Positions 37,968 to 47,774 of a stretch of 64,000 nucleotides of DNA are shown here, piece by piece. The position numbers and the translations under genes were made by a program. How positions within the stretch are numbered: the first letter of the stretch is position 1; each line of letters starts with the position of its first letter. The stretch comes from Thermoanaerobaculia bacterium (GTDB taxonomy: Bacteria > Acidobacteriota > Thermoanaerobaculia > Gp7-AA8), in NCBI GenBank assembly GCA_035995985.1, contig DASYJY010000089.1, positions 4,477 to 68,476 of the forward strand. The letters run 5' to 3'. A model generated the notes under the pieces. The model made no database searches and was not told the DNA's origin. It worked only from the letters and a program-made list of their open reading frames with translations.

Positions 37968-39029
37968 CTAGGGCTTTGCCCGCTGGTATTGATCCGGCCA
38001 CGGAATGTCGACGCCGAGGATGTGGGCGGCGTGGAGCGGCCAGTAGGGATCGCGCAGAAGTTCGCGGGCCAGCAGCACCGCGTCGGCTGAACCGCTGCGG
38101 ATGATTTCGTCGGCTTGATGCGCATCGGTGATCAGGCCGACCGCTCCCGTCGCGACGCCAGCCTCGGCGCGGATGGCGCGCGCGAACGGCACCTGGTAGC
38201 CCGGACCGATCTCGATCTTCGCGCCGGGAACCGCGCCGCCGCTGGAGCAGTCGATGAGATCGACGCCGAGGTCGCGCAGGCGCTTCGCGAATTCGATTGA
38301 GTCGTGCAGGTCCCAGCCGCCTTCGGCCCAATCGGACGCGGAGATGCGTACGAAGAGGGGCAGGTGACCGGGCCAGATTTCTCGGACGCGTTCCGCGACA
38401 CGGAGCGGAAAGCGCATGCGGTCTTCGAGCGCTCCGCCGTAATCGTCCGTCCGTACATTGCTGAGCGGGGAGAGGAACTCGTGCAGAAGATAACCGTGCG
38501 CCATATGGAGCTCGACGACGCGAAATCCTGCATCGAATGCCAGCTTGGTCGATCGGACGAATTGCTCGACGATCTCATCGATCTCGCCGGCCGTCAGCTC
38601 GTGCGGAACCGGCTCGCCTTCGCGAAATGGAATCGGACTAGGGGCCACCGTCTGCCAGGAATGCGGACCTTCGCGGATGACGCGGCCGCCGCGCCACGGT
38701 GCGTCGGTCGACGCCTTTCGTCCCGCGTGCGCAAGCTGAATTCCGGCAACGGCGCCGTTGCTCTCGATGAACGCGACGATGCGGCGGAATGCATCGGCAT
38801 GTTGCTGCGACCAGATGCCGCTGTCCCACGCGGTGATGCGGCCCGCGGGCGAGACGCCGCTCGCTTCGACCATGACTAGTCCCGCGCCGCCCGTGGCGCG
38901 GCTGCCGAGGTGCACAAGGTGCCAGTCGTTGGGGAGACCGTCATCGCTCGAGTATTGACACATCGGCGAGACGAAAATGCGGTTGCGGAAGGTGACGGCG
39001 CGGATCGTGTAGCTGTCGAAAAGGTGCAT
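37968..39029 (-). CDS. Old Yellow Enzyme family NADPH:flavin oxidoreductase (YqjM/NamA type)
   Basis: 353-aa ORF with the motifs FVSPMCQYSS, HLVHLGSRATGGAG and HMAHGYLLHEFLSP. Confidence 0.9.
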   Translation of the reverse strand: MHLFDSYTIRAVTFRNRIFVSPMCQYSSDDGLPNDWHLVHLGSRATGGAGLVMVEASGVSPAGRITAWDSGIWSQQHADAFRRIVAFIESNGAVAGIQLAHAGRKASTDAPWRGGRVIREGPHSWQTVAPSPIPFREGEPVPHELTAGEIDEIVEQFVRSTKLAFDAGFRVVELHMAHGYLLHEFLSPLSNVRTDDYGGALEDRMRFPLRVAERVREIWPGHLPLFVRISASDWAEGGWDLHDSIEFAKRLRDLGVDLIDCSSGGAVPGAKIEIGPGYQVPFARAIRAEAGVATGAVGLITDAHQADEIIRSGSADAVLLARELLRDPYWPLHAAHILGVDIPWPDQYQRAKP

Positions 39030-39159
39030 GGTGTTCGTAAAACCGCCGGAGTATAGCCGTGGCCGTCAGGGGACGTTTGCTGCGTCCCATTCGTATACCG
39101 TTCGGCTACCATGCCACAGCGCCGCGCTGATCGCGGCGCGACCGATCAAAGGAGATTTC

Positions 39160-39891
39160 ATGACTCTTGTTTCCCGCATTTCCATCTGCATCCTGATCGC
39201 GGCGGCGGCGATCCCCGCCGTGGCGCAGACGTCGCGTCGCCGCGCTGTGTCGCCGGCGATCGCGAGCGCACCTACGACTCCGGTTGTCATCACGGTGAAG
39301 GACGGGTCGAACGGGCTCGCAGTCGCAACCGCCACGGTTACGTACGCCGGCAAACCGCAGATCACAAACGGCACTGGCCAGGCCGCCCTCAGTCTGCCCA
39401 TCGGAAAACCGGCTGTCGTTTCGGTGGAACACCCCGCCTTCCTGCCGTTTTCGCAGACGATCACAGCGCAGTCCGGCGGCACTTACGAGTTGACTCTTAC
39501 GGAGAAGCCGTCCGTTACGATCAAAACGAAGACGAATGAAACGCACATCGTCGACATCGGCACTGCGCAGTTTGCGAACGCGGCGACTTTCAGCAATCCG
39601 TCGCGGTCCGACACGGGCAACTTCTGCAAAGAGGACGGATCCGATTTCACGCCCGACAAGACTGAATTCGTGCGCATCGTCGGTCCCGGCGTGCTGGAGA
39701 GTGCGGCGCAATGTTGCCAGTTCGGCAAGGTGGTTTCGGCGAATGTGGAGATGAAGTCGGGCGCCCACCTGAAGGTCTACTTCAAGGACAGTTGCTCCGG
39801 TAACGAAGTCGATTTCGTCGGACGCGAGAAGTCGACGGGGCTGTATCAGTACTACCGCTTCACCGACATCGCTGAGATCGACTTTCCGTAG
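39160..39891 (+). CDS. Hypothetical secreted protein with an Ig-like/carboxypeptidase-regulatory-like N-terminal domain
   Basis: 243 aa from an ATG preceded by AAAGGAG. Signal peptide ending AVAQ. VVITVKDGSNGLAVATATVTYAGKPQITNGTGQAAL resembles a CarboxypepD_reg-type beta sandwich. The C-terminal part is Cys-containing. Confidence 0.55.
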   Translation: MTLVSRISICILIAAAAIPAVAQTSRRRAVSPAIASAPTTPVVITVKDGSNGLAVATATVTYAGKPQITNGTGQAALSLPIGKPAVVSVEHPAFLPFSQTITAQSGGTYELTLTEKPSVTIKTKTNETHIVDIGTAQFANAATFSNPSRSDTGNFCKEDGSDFTPDKTEFVRIVGPGVLESAAQCCQFGKVVSANVEMKSGAHLKVYFKDSCSGNEVDFVGREKSTGLYQYYRFTDIAEIDFP

Positions 39892-39932
39892 TGCGCGTCG
39901 GGCAATCGGGCATGGCGCGGTAGACTGCCATT

Positions 39933-41333
39933 GTGGTCAGCATCGATCCGCGCTTTGCCCTTGCCGGCGCGTCCGACGACATCGAACGCATCTACGCGAA
40001 GCAGCGCGCCAACCGCGATCGCGTAGCGGCTACGTCAGCCACCGAACGGATCGAGAAGCTCCGCCGTTTCCACACTGCGATGTTCGCGCACCGCGAAGAC
40101 TTTTACGGCGCGCTCTGGGCGGACTACCAGAAGCCCGCGCCGGAAGTGGACATGTCCGAGATCTATCCGGTCGTGTCCGAGGCGCGGCACGCCATTCGTC
40201 ACCTGCGGCGCTGGATGCGGCCACGCCGCGTGGCCACGCCGCTCGCGCTCCTCGGATCGCGTTCGCGCATCGTGCACGAGGCCAAAGGCGTCGTACTGAT
40301 CCTCTCGCCGTGGAACTTCCCGGTGAACCTCACGTTCGGGCCGTTCGTGTCCGCGATCGCGGCAGGCAACTGCGTGATGATCAAGCCGTCGGAAATGACG
40401 CCGCACACGAGCGCGCTGATGAAACGGATCATCGGCGAGCTGTTCGACGAGAGCGAAGCGGCTGTCATCGAAGGTGATGCGGGCGTTGCCGAGGCGCTGC
40501 TGCGGAAGAAGTGGGACCACATTTTCTTCACCGGCAGTCCCGCCGTCGGACGCGTCGTCATGAAGGCCGCCGCAGAGCATCTGACGCCGGTCACGCTCGA
40601 GCTGGGCGGCAAGTCGCCGGTCATCGTCGACCGCACCGCGAATCTCGACGAGGCCGCGAAGAAGATCGCCTGGGGCAAGTTCCTCAACTGCGGACAGATC
40701 TGCATCGCGCCTGACTATCTGCTGATCGATGAAACGATCCAGGCACCGTTCGTCGAAAAACTGCGTGCCGCGATCGCGCCGGAGACGGGACTCATCGTCA
40801 ACGACCGCCACGCCGCACGCGTCAAGCATCTGTTCGATGACGCCGTTGCAGGCGGCGCGGAAGTCGTCGCGGGCGGCGGCTTCGATCAGCGCGCCATCAC
40901 GCCGACCTTGCTGGCGAACGTCGATCCGGAGTCGCCCGTGATGCAACAGGAGATCTTCGGGCCGCTGCTGCCGATGATCACGTACCGCACGCTCGACGAC
41001 GCGTTGCGCATCATCGCCGCGCGCGAAAAGCCGCTCGTGCTCTACCTCTTCAGCCGCAGCCGGAAAGTGATCGACGACGTGTTGCGGCGCACGACAGCAG
41101 GCGGCACGGCCATCAACGACACGCTGGTGCAGTTCTACCAACTCAATCTGCCGTTCGGCGGAGTGGGGGAGAGCGGCGTCGGCAAGGCGCATGGCCAGTT
41201 CGGATTCGAAGCATTCTCGAACGCGCGCGGCGTCTTCGAGCAGCCGATGCGCTTCAGCGCCATTCAACTGCTGTATCCGCCGTATACCAAGTTCAAGAAG
41301 AAATTGATCGACCTGACCCTTCGCTACTTTTAG
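39933..41333 (+). CDS. NAD(P)-dependent aldehyde dehydrogenase (class 3-like)
   Basis: 466-aa ORF with a GTG start. It has ELGGKSP, the catalytic Cys context NCGQICIAPDY and EIFGPLLP. Confidence 0.9.
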   Translation: MVSIDPRFALAGASDDIERIYAKQRANRDRVAATSATERIEKLRRFHTAMFAHREDFYGALWADYQKPAPEVDMSEIYPVVSEARHAIRHLRRWMRPRRVATPLALLGSRSRIVHEAKGVVLILSPWNFPVNLTFGPFVSAIAAGNCVMIKPSEMTPHTSALMKRIIGELFDESEAAVIEGDAGVAEALLRKKWDHIFFTGSPAVGRVVMKAAAEHLTPVTLELGGKSPVIVDRTANLDEAAKKIAWGKFLNCGQICIAPDYLLIDETIQAPFVEKLRAAIAPETGLIVNDRHAARVKHLFDDAVAGGAEVVAGGGFDQRAITPTLLANVDPESPVMQQEIFGPLLPMITYRTLDDALRIIAAREKPLVLYLFSRSRKVIDDVLRRTTAGGTAINDTLVQFYQLNLPFGGVGESGVGKAHGQFGFEAFSNARGVFEQPMRFSAIQLLYPPYTKFKKKLIDLTLRYF

Positions 41334-41339
41334 CGCGCG

Positions 41340-42263
41340 TCACACGGTCCGCAGCACGGCGAAGAGTGAAACCGACGAAATCGCGATCCAGAGCAGGATG
41401 CCGAGGATGAGCGGACGCGCACCGACGGCCGCGATCGATTTGCGGGAGAGGCCGGCGCCGATCAGGAACAACGTAATGGTCAATCCGATACGAGCGAGCA
41501 TCGTCAGCGTCGACCACACCTCTGGCGGCGCCGCGATGTAGGTTCGCAGCACCGAGGCGACGACGAACCAGAAGATGAACCACGGGATCGTCAGCTTTGC
41601 CGATTTTCGTTTGAAGAAAAACGCGGTTGCGAGCGTCACAGGCACGATCCAGAGTGCGCGCGTCAGCTTTACCGTCGTCGCGATCTGCAACGCGTCCGCG
41701 CCGTATTTCGCGGCCGCGCCGACGACCGAACTGGTGTCGTGAATGGCGATCGCGGCCCACACGCCGAACTGCGGCTGCGTCATGCCGAGGCGATGGCCGA
41801 TCATCGGAAAGATGAAGAGCGCGATCGAGTTGAGGATGAAGACCGTGCCGAGAGCGACCGACATCTCCTCATCCGTCGCGTTGACGACGGGGCCGACCGC
41901 GGCGATCGCACTGCCGCCGCAGATTGCTGTCCCCGACGAGATAAGGTGCGACGTCGTGCGGCTGATGTTCATCGCACGGCCGAGAAGAAAGCCGAGAAGC
42001 AACGTGCCGACGATCGTGACGATGGTGAAGACGAATCCGGTGCGGCCGGCTTCGACGACCTTCTGCAGATTCATCCCGAAGCCGAGGAGGACAACGGATG
42101 TTTGCAGCAGGAGCTTCGTCGCTTTCGAGTTGCGCGACGCGAACGGATGACCGAGCGTCAGCGCGAGCGCGAGGCCGAGGGCGAGCGCGATCGGCGGCGA
42201 CGCCCACGGCGTGACGCAGAAAATCAGCAGCGCGGCGAAGACAGCGACGCGAAGCGCTTGCAC
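41340..42263 (-). CDS. YeiH/UPF0324-family membrane protein (putative sulfate exporter family)
   Basis: Polytopic ORF. I favour the GTG at 42263, which overlaps the upstream stop by 1 nt, over the ATG at 42305, which would overlap the upstream gene by 43 nt. Confidence 0.72.
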   Translation of the reverse strand: MQALRVAVFAALLIFCVTPWASPPIALALGLALALTLGHPFASRNSKATKLLLQTSVVLLGFGMNLQKVVEAGRTGFVFTIVTIVGTLLLGFLLGRAMNISRTTSHLISSGTAICGGSAIAAVGPVVNATDEEMSVALGTVFILNSIALFIFPMIGHRLGMTQPQFGVWAAIAIHDTSSVVGAAAKYGADALQIATTVKLTRALWIVPVTLATAFFFKRKSAKLTIPWFIFWFVVASVLRTYIAAPPEVWSTLTMLARIGLTITLFLIGAGLSRKSIAAVGARPLILGILLWIAISSVSLFAVLRTV

Positions 42264-42925
42264 TACGTGAGATGCGCTTTGAAGAACGCGACCGCGTGCT
42301 GCCACGCGTCTTCCGCGGCCTCGGCGTTGTAGTTTTTGCCCGTATTGTTGAAGAAGGCATGATCCGTCTTCGGATAGACGAGCAAGCGCACGTCCTTGCC
42401 CATTTCCTCGAGTTGCTTCGCGAGCGCGCGGCCGTTGGCGACCGGGACGCCCTGATCGTTTTCAGCGTAGATCAGCAGGATCGGTGCGCTGAGATTCGCC
42501 CAGTCGTACGCAACTTTCTTGAAGCCGCCGTAGAAACTCACGGCCACGCCGACGTTCGGGTCTTTCGTCGCGGTGTACTGCGCGAGCGCGCCGCCCATGC
42601 AGAAACCGATGACGCCGTACGACTTCGATGTGCACTCAGGACGGCCGAGAAGGTACGCGCCGGCAGCCGCGATGTCTTTCTCGGCGCGGTCGGCATCGAG
42701 CTCCATCAGCAGGCGGCCGGCTTCATCGGGAGACGTCGCCGTCTTACCGTGAAACAGGTCGGGCGCAATTGCGGAGTAGCCTTCGCCGGCGAAACGATCC
42801 ACGATCTCTTCGATGTGCGGCACGAGCCCCCACCACTCCTGAATGACGACGATGCCGGGACCTTTGCCCGCGAAGTAGCCCTGACACGTGTGGCCGTTCG
42901 ACGGAAATTCAACGCGTTCACCCAT
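42263..42925 (-). CDS. Dienelactone hydrolase family protein
   Basis: 220-aa ORF with GIVVIQEWWGL, the nucleophile elbow GFCMGG and a C-terminal His (TDHAF). Confidence 0.88.
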   Translation of the reverse strand: MGERVEFPSNGHTCQGYFAGKGPGIVVIQEWWGLVPHIEEIVDRFAGEGYSAIAPDLFHGKTATSPDEAGRLLMELDADRAEKDIAAAGAYLLGRPECTSKSYGVIGFCMGGALAQYTATKDPNVGVAVSFYGGFKKVAYDWANLSAPILLIYAENDQGVPVANGRALAKQLEEMGKDVRLLVYPKTDHAFFNNTGKNYNAEAAEDAWQHAVAFFKAHLT

Positions 42926-43029
42926 CGGATCCTCCAGAAAATCGCGCGAATTCTAATGCAGCACGGAACCGATGCCGCGCGTGGCGCGTATTCATGGCAG
43001 AATAACCAGACCCGGAGAGAGGGAATCCA

Positions 43030-43284
43030 ATGACATTGACGAAGGAACAGGTTTCCGGACTGGCCAAAACACCGCGCTGTCCGCGTTGCGACCTCAACAA
43101 GACGATCGGCAATGCCCTTTGCCGCAGCTGCCGCGCGAAGCTTCCCGAGAATATGCGCCTGGCGCTGGAGCGGATCCCGTCGAAAGATGCGTGGACTGTT
43201 TCGCGCGCCGTACGCGCGGCCGCCCGCTACTTCGATGTGCATTTTCAGTCGGTGCGGAACTTCGGCGGCGGACGCCACCGGTAG
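43030..43284 (+). CDS. Hypothetical small Cys4 (zinc-ribbon-like) protein
   Basis: 84-aa ORF with a GGAGAGAGGG RBS upstream and CPRC-x12-CRSC. Confidence 0.45.
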   Translation: MTLTKEQVSGLAKTPRCPRCDLNKTIGNALCRSCRAKLPENMRLALERIPSKDAWTVSRAVRAAARYFDVHFQSVRNFGGGRHR

Positions 43285-44529
43285 TTACCGGTAGCGCACA
43301 GACTGTTCGGCGATATCCGCGAGCTCGTCGATGTGCGCTTCGCGCGCTTTCGCGACGATCTCCTCCGTCTGTTTCTTCGATTGCAGCGCGCGCGCCCACG
43401 CCGCTGCCAGCGAAACGCGCTTCATCCGCGACGACGCTTCGTTCCAGTGACGCAGATCGGCGACGCGCAGCGTGCTTTTCGCGTCGCCCGCGCGAACGGT
43501 GGCGATGGTCTCATCCGTCTTCGCGTTCGGTTTGAACTCGATTTCGTACAACGCGGTTTCATTCGCTGCGACGGAGCCGGTCATCGGACGATGAACCGCC
43601 ACGGCGTCGCCGAACGTGAGCTCGATCGGCGCTGACGTTTTGCCCGGAGCATCGACGGAAACGCGCAGCAGCCATTTGGTGGAGTCGAGCGGCGCCGCCG
43701 ATGCTTCGAGGTCGACGCGCAAATCGGCAGGCTTGCGCTCCGGCGCGGCGAAGTGCTGCACGAACGCGTAGGTGTCGGCGTCGCGCGGCGTTTCGCCGTG
43801 CGAGATCGCCTGCTGGATCGCGTAGAAGTTGTGGACAGGAGGCGCTGATGGCGGTGCATTGAGCGAATCGGCCGCCGACGATTTTGCGAACGTCCGTTCG
43901 CGCGCCGCGCCTCCGTCGGCGGTCATCACCGGCGCTTCCGCCGCCGGCGGTGGCGGCGCTGGAGCAGCGATCGGAGCCGCAGGAACCGCATTGACGATCG
44001 AAGTGCTCTCCGTAATCGGCATCGTCTGGCCCGCATCGGCGATGTAGACGGGAGTTGCCGTGGACATCGCGACCGATTCCTCATGCTTCGCTTCCGCGAT
44101 GCGCTCACGCGGCGGCTGCGCGGCAATTCTCGTCGGCGGCGGCACGCGCGGAAGGGGCGGGAGATCCGTGTGCTCCGGCACGCGAGCGCTGCCCGGCGCG
44201 GGAGGCGTGTTCGGAAGTGCGACGGCCACGCGCGGCGCCGGCGCGGCGATGTCCTTCGTTGTCATCATCGACCGCGTATCGATGTTCGCTCCGTTTTGCG
44301 AGACCAAGTGCAGCGCGAGGTACACCGAGGAGACGAGCAGGATGATCGACGCGGCAATGCGCAGATTGAACATCGTCGACTTGCGGAACCGCCTGCGCTC
44401 GCTTTCTGCCTGAAATACGAAGTGCTCCGGGATATCGCTCTTGATCCGGTCTGCCAGACCGGCTGGCGGCTTCGCTACCGGCGCCATGGTCAGCTTTCGC
44501 TGCAGATCAGCTTTGCGGTTAAGGGTCAT
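43285..44529 (-). CDS. Single-pass membrane anti-sigma-factor-like protein with a Pro-rich linker and large extracytoplasmic domain
   Basis: 414-aa ORF with a 4-nt overlap with the upstream ECF sigma gene. One TM helix (IAASIILLVSSVYLALHLV). No zf-HC2 motif seen. Confidence 0.6.
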   Translation of the reverse strand: MTLNRKADLQRKLTMAPVAKPPAGLADRIKSDIPEHFVFQAESERRRFRKSTMFNLRIAASIILLVSSVYLALHLVSQNGANIDTRSMMTTKDIAAPAPRVAVALPNTPPAPGSARVPEHTDLPPLPRVPPPTRIAAQPPRERIAEAKHEESVAMSTATPVYIADAGQTMPITESTSIVNAVPAAPIAAPAPPPPAAEAPVMTADGGAARERTFAKSSAADSLNAPPSAPPVHNFYAIQQAISHGETPRDADTYAFVQHFAAPERKPADLRVDLEASAAPLDSTKWLLRVSVDAPGKTSAPIELTFGDAVAVHRPMTGSVAANETALYEIEFKPNAKTDETIATVRAGDAKSTLRVADLRHWNEASSRMKRVSLAAAWARALQSKKQTEEIVAKAREAHIDELADIAEQSVRYR

Positions 44530-45140
44530 TGTCTTTCTTCCTCAACGTTCCCGCCGAGGGCTTGTTCCAGCAGGGAAAACGCCTTGTGTAGCCGCTTGCG
44601 GATGGCTACGGTTGTGATCTCTTCGATCGCGGCAATCTCCTTCACCGCGAGGCCGCCCCAGAAATGCGCGGTGACGGTGAATCGGAGGTCTTCCGGCAGC
44701 CGCAGCACTGCTTCCCTCAGATGTCCGGCTTCCTCGGCGTTGCCAAGCACCTCGTCGACACCCGGTGATTTGTCCGGCGTCTCGGGCATGTTTTCGTCGT
44801 CGAGCGATTTCATCAGTCGCGGACGGCGGATGTGATTCAGAAACGTCGTGTACCCGATGCGATAGAGCCACGTGAAAAACTGCGACTGGCCGTTGAATCC
44901 CGGCAGCGCTTCCCACGCTTTGCGATAGGTGTCCTGGGTGAGGTCGGAGGCAAGTTCGCGGTCGCCGCAAAGCCTGCACATCGACGCGAAAACCGACGAG
45001 TAGGTGCGATCGACCAACTCCTCCGCGGCGCTGCGATCACCGCCGCGGATTGCGGCGAGGAGGCGGTGTTCCTCATTCCAGGAGGGAATCACCGCATCAT
45101 GCTCCGGCCGCATCGCCGGAAAGGGGGCCACATTGCTCAC
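44526..45140 (-). CDS. ECF-type RNA polymerase sigma-70 family factor
   Basis: 204-aa ORF. Region 2 (DLTQDTYRKAWEAL, FFTWLYRIGYTTFLNHIRR) and region 4 (AIEEITTVAIRKRLHKA). GTG start. Confidence 0.88.
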   Translation of the reverse strand: MSNVAPFPAMRPEHDAVIPSWNEEHRLLAAIRGGDRSAAEELVDRTYSSVFASMCRLCGDRELASDLTQDTYRKAWEALPGFNGQSQFFTWLYRIGYTTFLNHIRRPRLMKSLDDENMPETPDKSPGVDEVLGNAEEAGHLREAVLRLPEDLRFTVTAHFWGGLAVKEIAAIEEITTVAIRKRLHKAFSLLEQALGGNVEEERQ

Positions 45141-45200
45141 CCCGATAGGACACGGTTCTGCGACATTTCGAAACCACGGTTTGAGTATCCTATCCGACCG

Positions 45201-46094
45201 ATGAAATCCGCTTTCGCCCTCCTGCTCGTCCTCCTCACCGCCGCCTGCCGCTACGAACCTCCCGCCGGAAGGATCGACGGTTCATCGATTCAGAAGGACG
45301 AGGACGCCTGGCGCGCGCATCGCGCCGACCGGCTCAAGGCGCCCGACGGCTGGCTGACGCTGGCGGGTCTCTATTGGCTTTCCGGCGGCAACAACGATGT
45401 CTCGCTTCCCGCGAAGCAGCCGGTTCCCGCGCAGTTCGTGCTGCAGAACGGGAAGGTGACGCTGCAGGCGAATCCGTCGCTGACGATCGACGGCAAGCCG
45501 GTCACGGCGCCGGTCGTGCTCCACGACGACACGGAAGCGAAACCGACAGTCGTGCGAACGGGAACGCTCTCGTTTGTCGCCATCCGCCGCGAAGATGCGA
45601 CGCACGGACCGCGCTTCGGAATCCGCGTTCGCGATACCGGCGCGGACGCTCGCGCGCACTTCAAAGGGCTCGACTACTTCCCGGTCGATCCGACCTCGCG
45701 CGTGGAAGCGCGCTTCGAGCCGTACAACCCTCCGAAGAAGATTCCGATCACGAACGTCCTCGGCATGACCAGCAACGAGATCTCGCCCGGCGCGCTCGTC
45801 TTCACATTGCAGGGCCGCGAGTTCCGCATCGATCCGATCCTGGAGCAGGGCGAGACGGACTACTTCATCATCTTCAAAGACGCGACGAGCGGAAAAGAGA
45901 CCTACGGAGCCGCGCGCTATCTCTACGCACATCCGCCCGACGCGAACGGGAAGACGATCGTCGACTTCAACAAGTCGTACAACCCGCCATGCGCGTTCAC
46001 GCCGTACGCGACGTGTCCGCTGCCGCCGCCGCAGAACCGGCTGCCCATTCGCATCGAAGCGGGAGAGAAAAAGTACGCCGGCGGGCACGCCTAG
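45201..46094 (+). CDS. DUF1684-domain lipoprotein
   Basis: In-frame ATG at 45201 and lipobox TAAC. DGWLTLAGLYWL, FKDATSGKETYGAARYLY, NPPCAF and ATCPLPP match my recollection of DUF1684. Confidence 0.75.
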   Translation: MKSAFALLLVLLTAACRYEPPAGRIDGSSIQKDEDAWRAHRADRLKAPDGWLTLAGLYWLSGGNNDVSLPAKQPVPAQFVLQNGKVTLQANPSLTIDGKPVTAPVVLHDDTEAKPTVVRTGTLSFVAIRREDATHGPRFGIRVRDTGADARAHFKGLDYFPVDPTSRVEARFEPYNPPKKIPITNVLGMTSNEISPGALVFTLQGREFRIDPILEQGETDYFIIFKDATSGKETYGAARYLYAHPPDANGKTIVDFNKSYNPPCAFTPYATCPLPPPQNRLPIRIEAGEKKYAGGHA

Positions 46095-46100
46095 GCGGCG

Positions 46101-47510
46101 TTACGCGTTGTTCCGTTCGTCCGCGAGCACCTGCGCGACGCAGGCAGTCACGTTTTTCCCCGTCTGGATGTCGAGGAACTCGTTCGGTCCGTGCGCGTTG
46201 CTGTGCGGCCCTAGTACACCTGTGATGAGGAACTGCGCGTTCGGAAAGCGCTGGCCGAGCATTCCCATGAACGGAATCGATCCGCCTTCGCCCCACGTCG
46301 TAGCCGGTTTGCCGAAGAAATTCTGCGACGCGGAGTCGATCGACTTCTCCAGCCACGGCTGCACTTTCGGCACTTCCCATCCGCCCGCGCCTTTCTCTGG
46401 CTCGAACGTGACCCGCGCGCCGTACGGCGGATCGCTTTCCAGCAACTCTTTCAACTTGCCATCGAGATTCGTGGCGTCGAGCGTCGGCGGAACGCGCAGG
46501 GAAAGCTTGATCGAGGTCTTGGGCCGCAGGACATTTCCGCCCTGCACGAGGTCGGGAAGGCCGGCCTGTCCGGTATACGACAGCATCGGCCGCCACGTAC
46601 GGTTCAGCAGCAGTTCGACAGGATCGGTGGCCATCGGCGTCATGCCCGGGAGGAACGGGAACTTGTTGTGGATCTCCTCGCCCAGAATCCGCGCGGTTTC
46701 CCGCACCTCGGCCATCCGATCCGGCGGAACGTCGGCGTGCAGCCATTCGGGGATGATGTGACCCGTCTGCGCGTCTTCGAGGCGATCGAGAAGGATGCGG
46801 ATGATGCGAAAACTCGATGGAACGATCCCGCTCGCGTCGCCGGAGTGAACGCCCTCGCTGAGAACTTCGACGGTGAGATTGCCGACGATCGATCCGCGGA
46901 GCGACGTCGTCATCCAGAGCTGTTCGTAGTTGCCGCAGCCACTGTCGAGGCAGATGACAAGGCCCGGCGTTCCGATCTTCTCCGAGAGCAGGTCGATGTA
47001 CGCCGGCAGATCGAGCGATCCGCTCTCCTCGCAGCATTCGATAATGACCACGATGCGCGAATGCGCCGCGTTCTGCGCCTTCACCGCGCGGATGGCGGAG
47101 ACGGCAGCGAAGATTGCGTAGCCGTCGTCAGCGCCGCCGCGTCCGAAGAGCTTGCCGTCGCGCAGGACCGGAGTCCACGGGCCGAGGCCGGCGTCCCATC
47201 CGATCATGGCCGGTTGCTTGTCGAGATGGCCGTACATCAGCACCGTCGAGGACGCGTCGCCATCGACTTCGATGAAGATGAGCGGCGTGCGTCCCTTCAG
47301 CTCGTGCGTTTCGATGCGCAGGCCTTCGATCTGCTGCTCTTCCACCCACGACTTCGCCAGCGCCACCGCTTCGTGCATGTGGCCGTTCTGCTTCCAGTCG
47401 GGATCGAAAAGAGGGGATTGGTTGGGGATGCGGATGTAGCGCTGGAGCGTGGGAACGATCGAAGCGTCCCAAATTTGATCGACGCTGCGGGCGATCTGTT
47501 CTGAATTCAT
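46101..47510 (-). CDS. M20-family metallopeptidase (dipeptidase type)
   Basis: 469-aa ORF with the motifs YGHLDKQP and GRGGADDGY and a dimerisation-lid insertion. Confidence 0.88.
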   Translation of the reverse strand: MNSEQIARSVDQIWDASIVPTLQRYIRIPNQSPLFDPDWKQNGHMHEAVALAKSWVEEQQIEGLRIETHELKGRTPLIFIEVDGDASSTVLMYGHLDKQPAMIGWDAGLGPWTPVLRDGKLFGRGGADDGYAIFAAVSAIRAVKAQNAAHSRIVVIIECCEESGSLDLPAYIDLLSEKIGTPGLVICLDSGCGNYEQLWMTTSLRGSIVGNLTVEVLSEGVHSGDASGIVPSSFRIIRILLDRLEDAQTGHIIPEWLHADVPPDRMAEVRETARILGEEIHNKFPFLPGMTPMATDPVELLLNRTWRPMLSYTGQAGLPDLVQGGNVLRPKTSIKLSLRVPPTLDATNLDGKLKELLESDPPYGARVTFEPEKGAGGWEVPKVQPWLEKSIDSASQNFFGKPATTWGEGGSIPFMGMLGQRFPNAQFLITGVLGPHSNAHGPNEFLDIQTGKNVTACVAQVLADERNNA

Positions 47511-47774
47511 CGACTTACCTTCTGCGGGCGGCGTTTGCGACGGCGGAGGATAGCATCAGTACGCGGCCTCTTCGGGAATCGGGCCATCCTGTCCGTCAAA
47601 AATCAGCGACACCTTTCCGCTACTAATCGGATATGATGCGCGAACTCCAGAAACGCTCCAGTCGAATAAATTGACGTCCGAACGGAAATTTGTACGTTTC
47701 AGATTTCGTGGTATGGTCTGCGCATCTCGTCCATAATTATCGACTCGCAGCTTCCGAGAGAGAGGACCGCGGTC

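Noticed and set aside
45141-45200. ECF-type autoregulatory promoter (GGAAC...CGT) upstream of the first sigma gene
   Set aside because: The only GAAC motif lies about 15 nt from the GTG start, too close to serve as a -35 element. No properly spaced -10 element was found.
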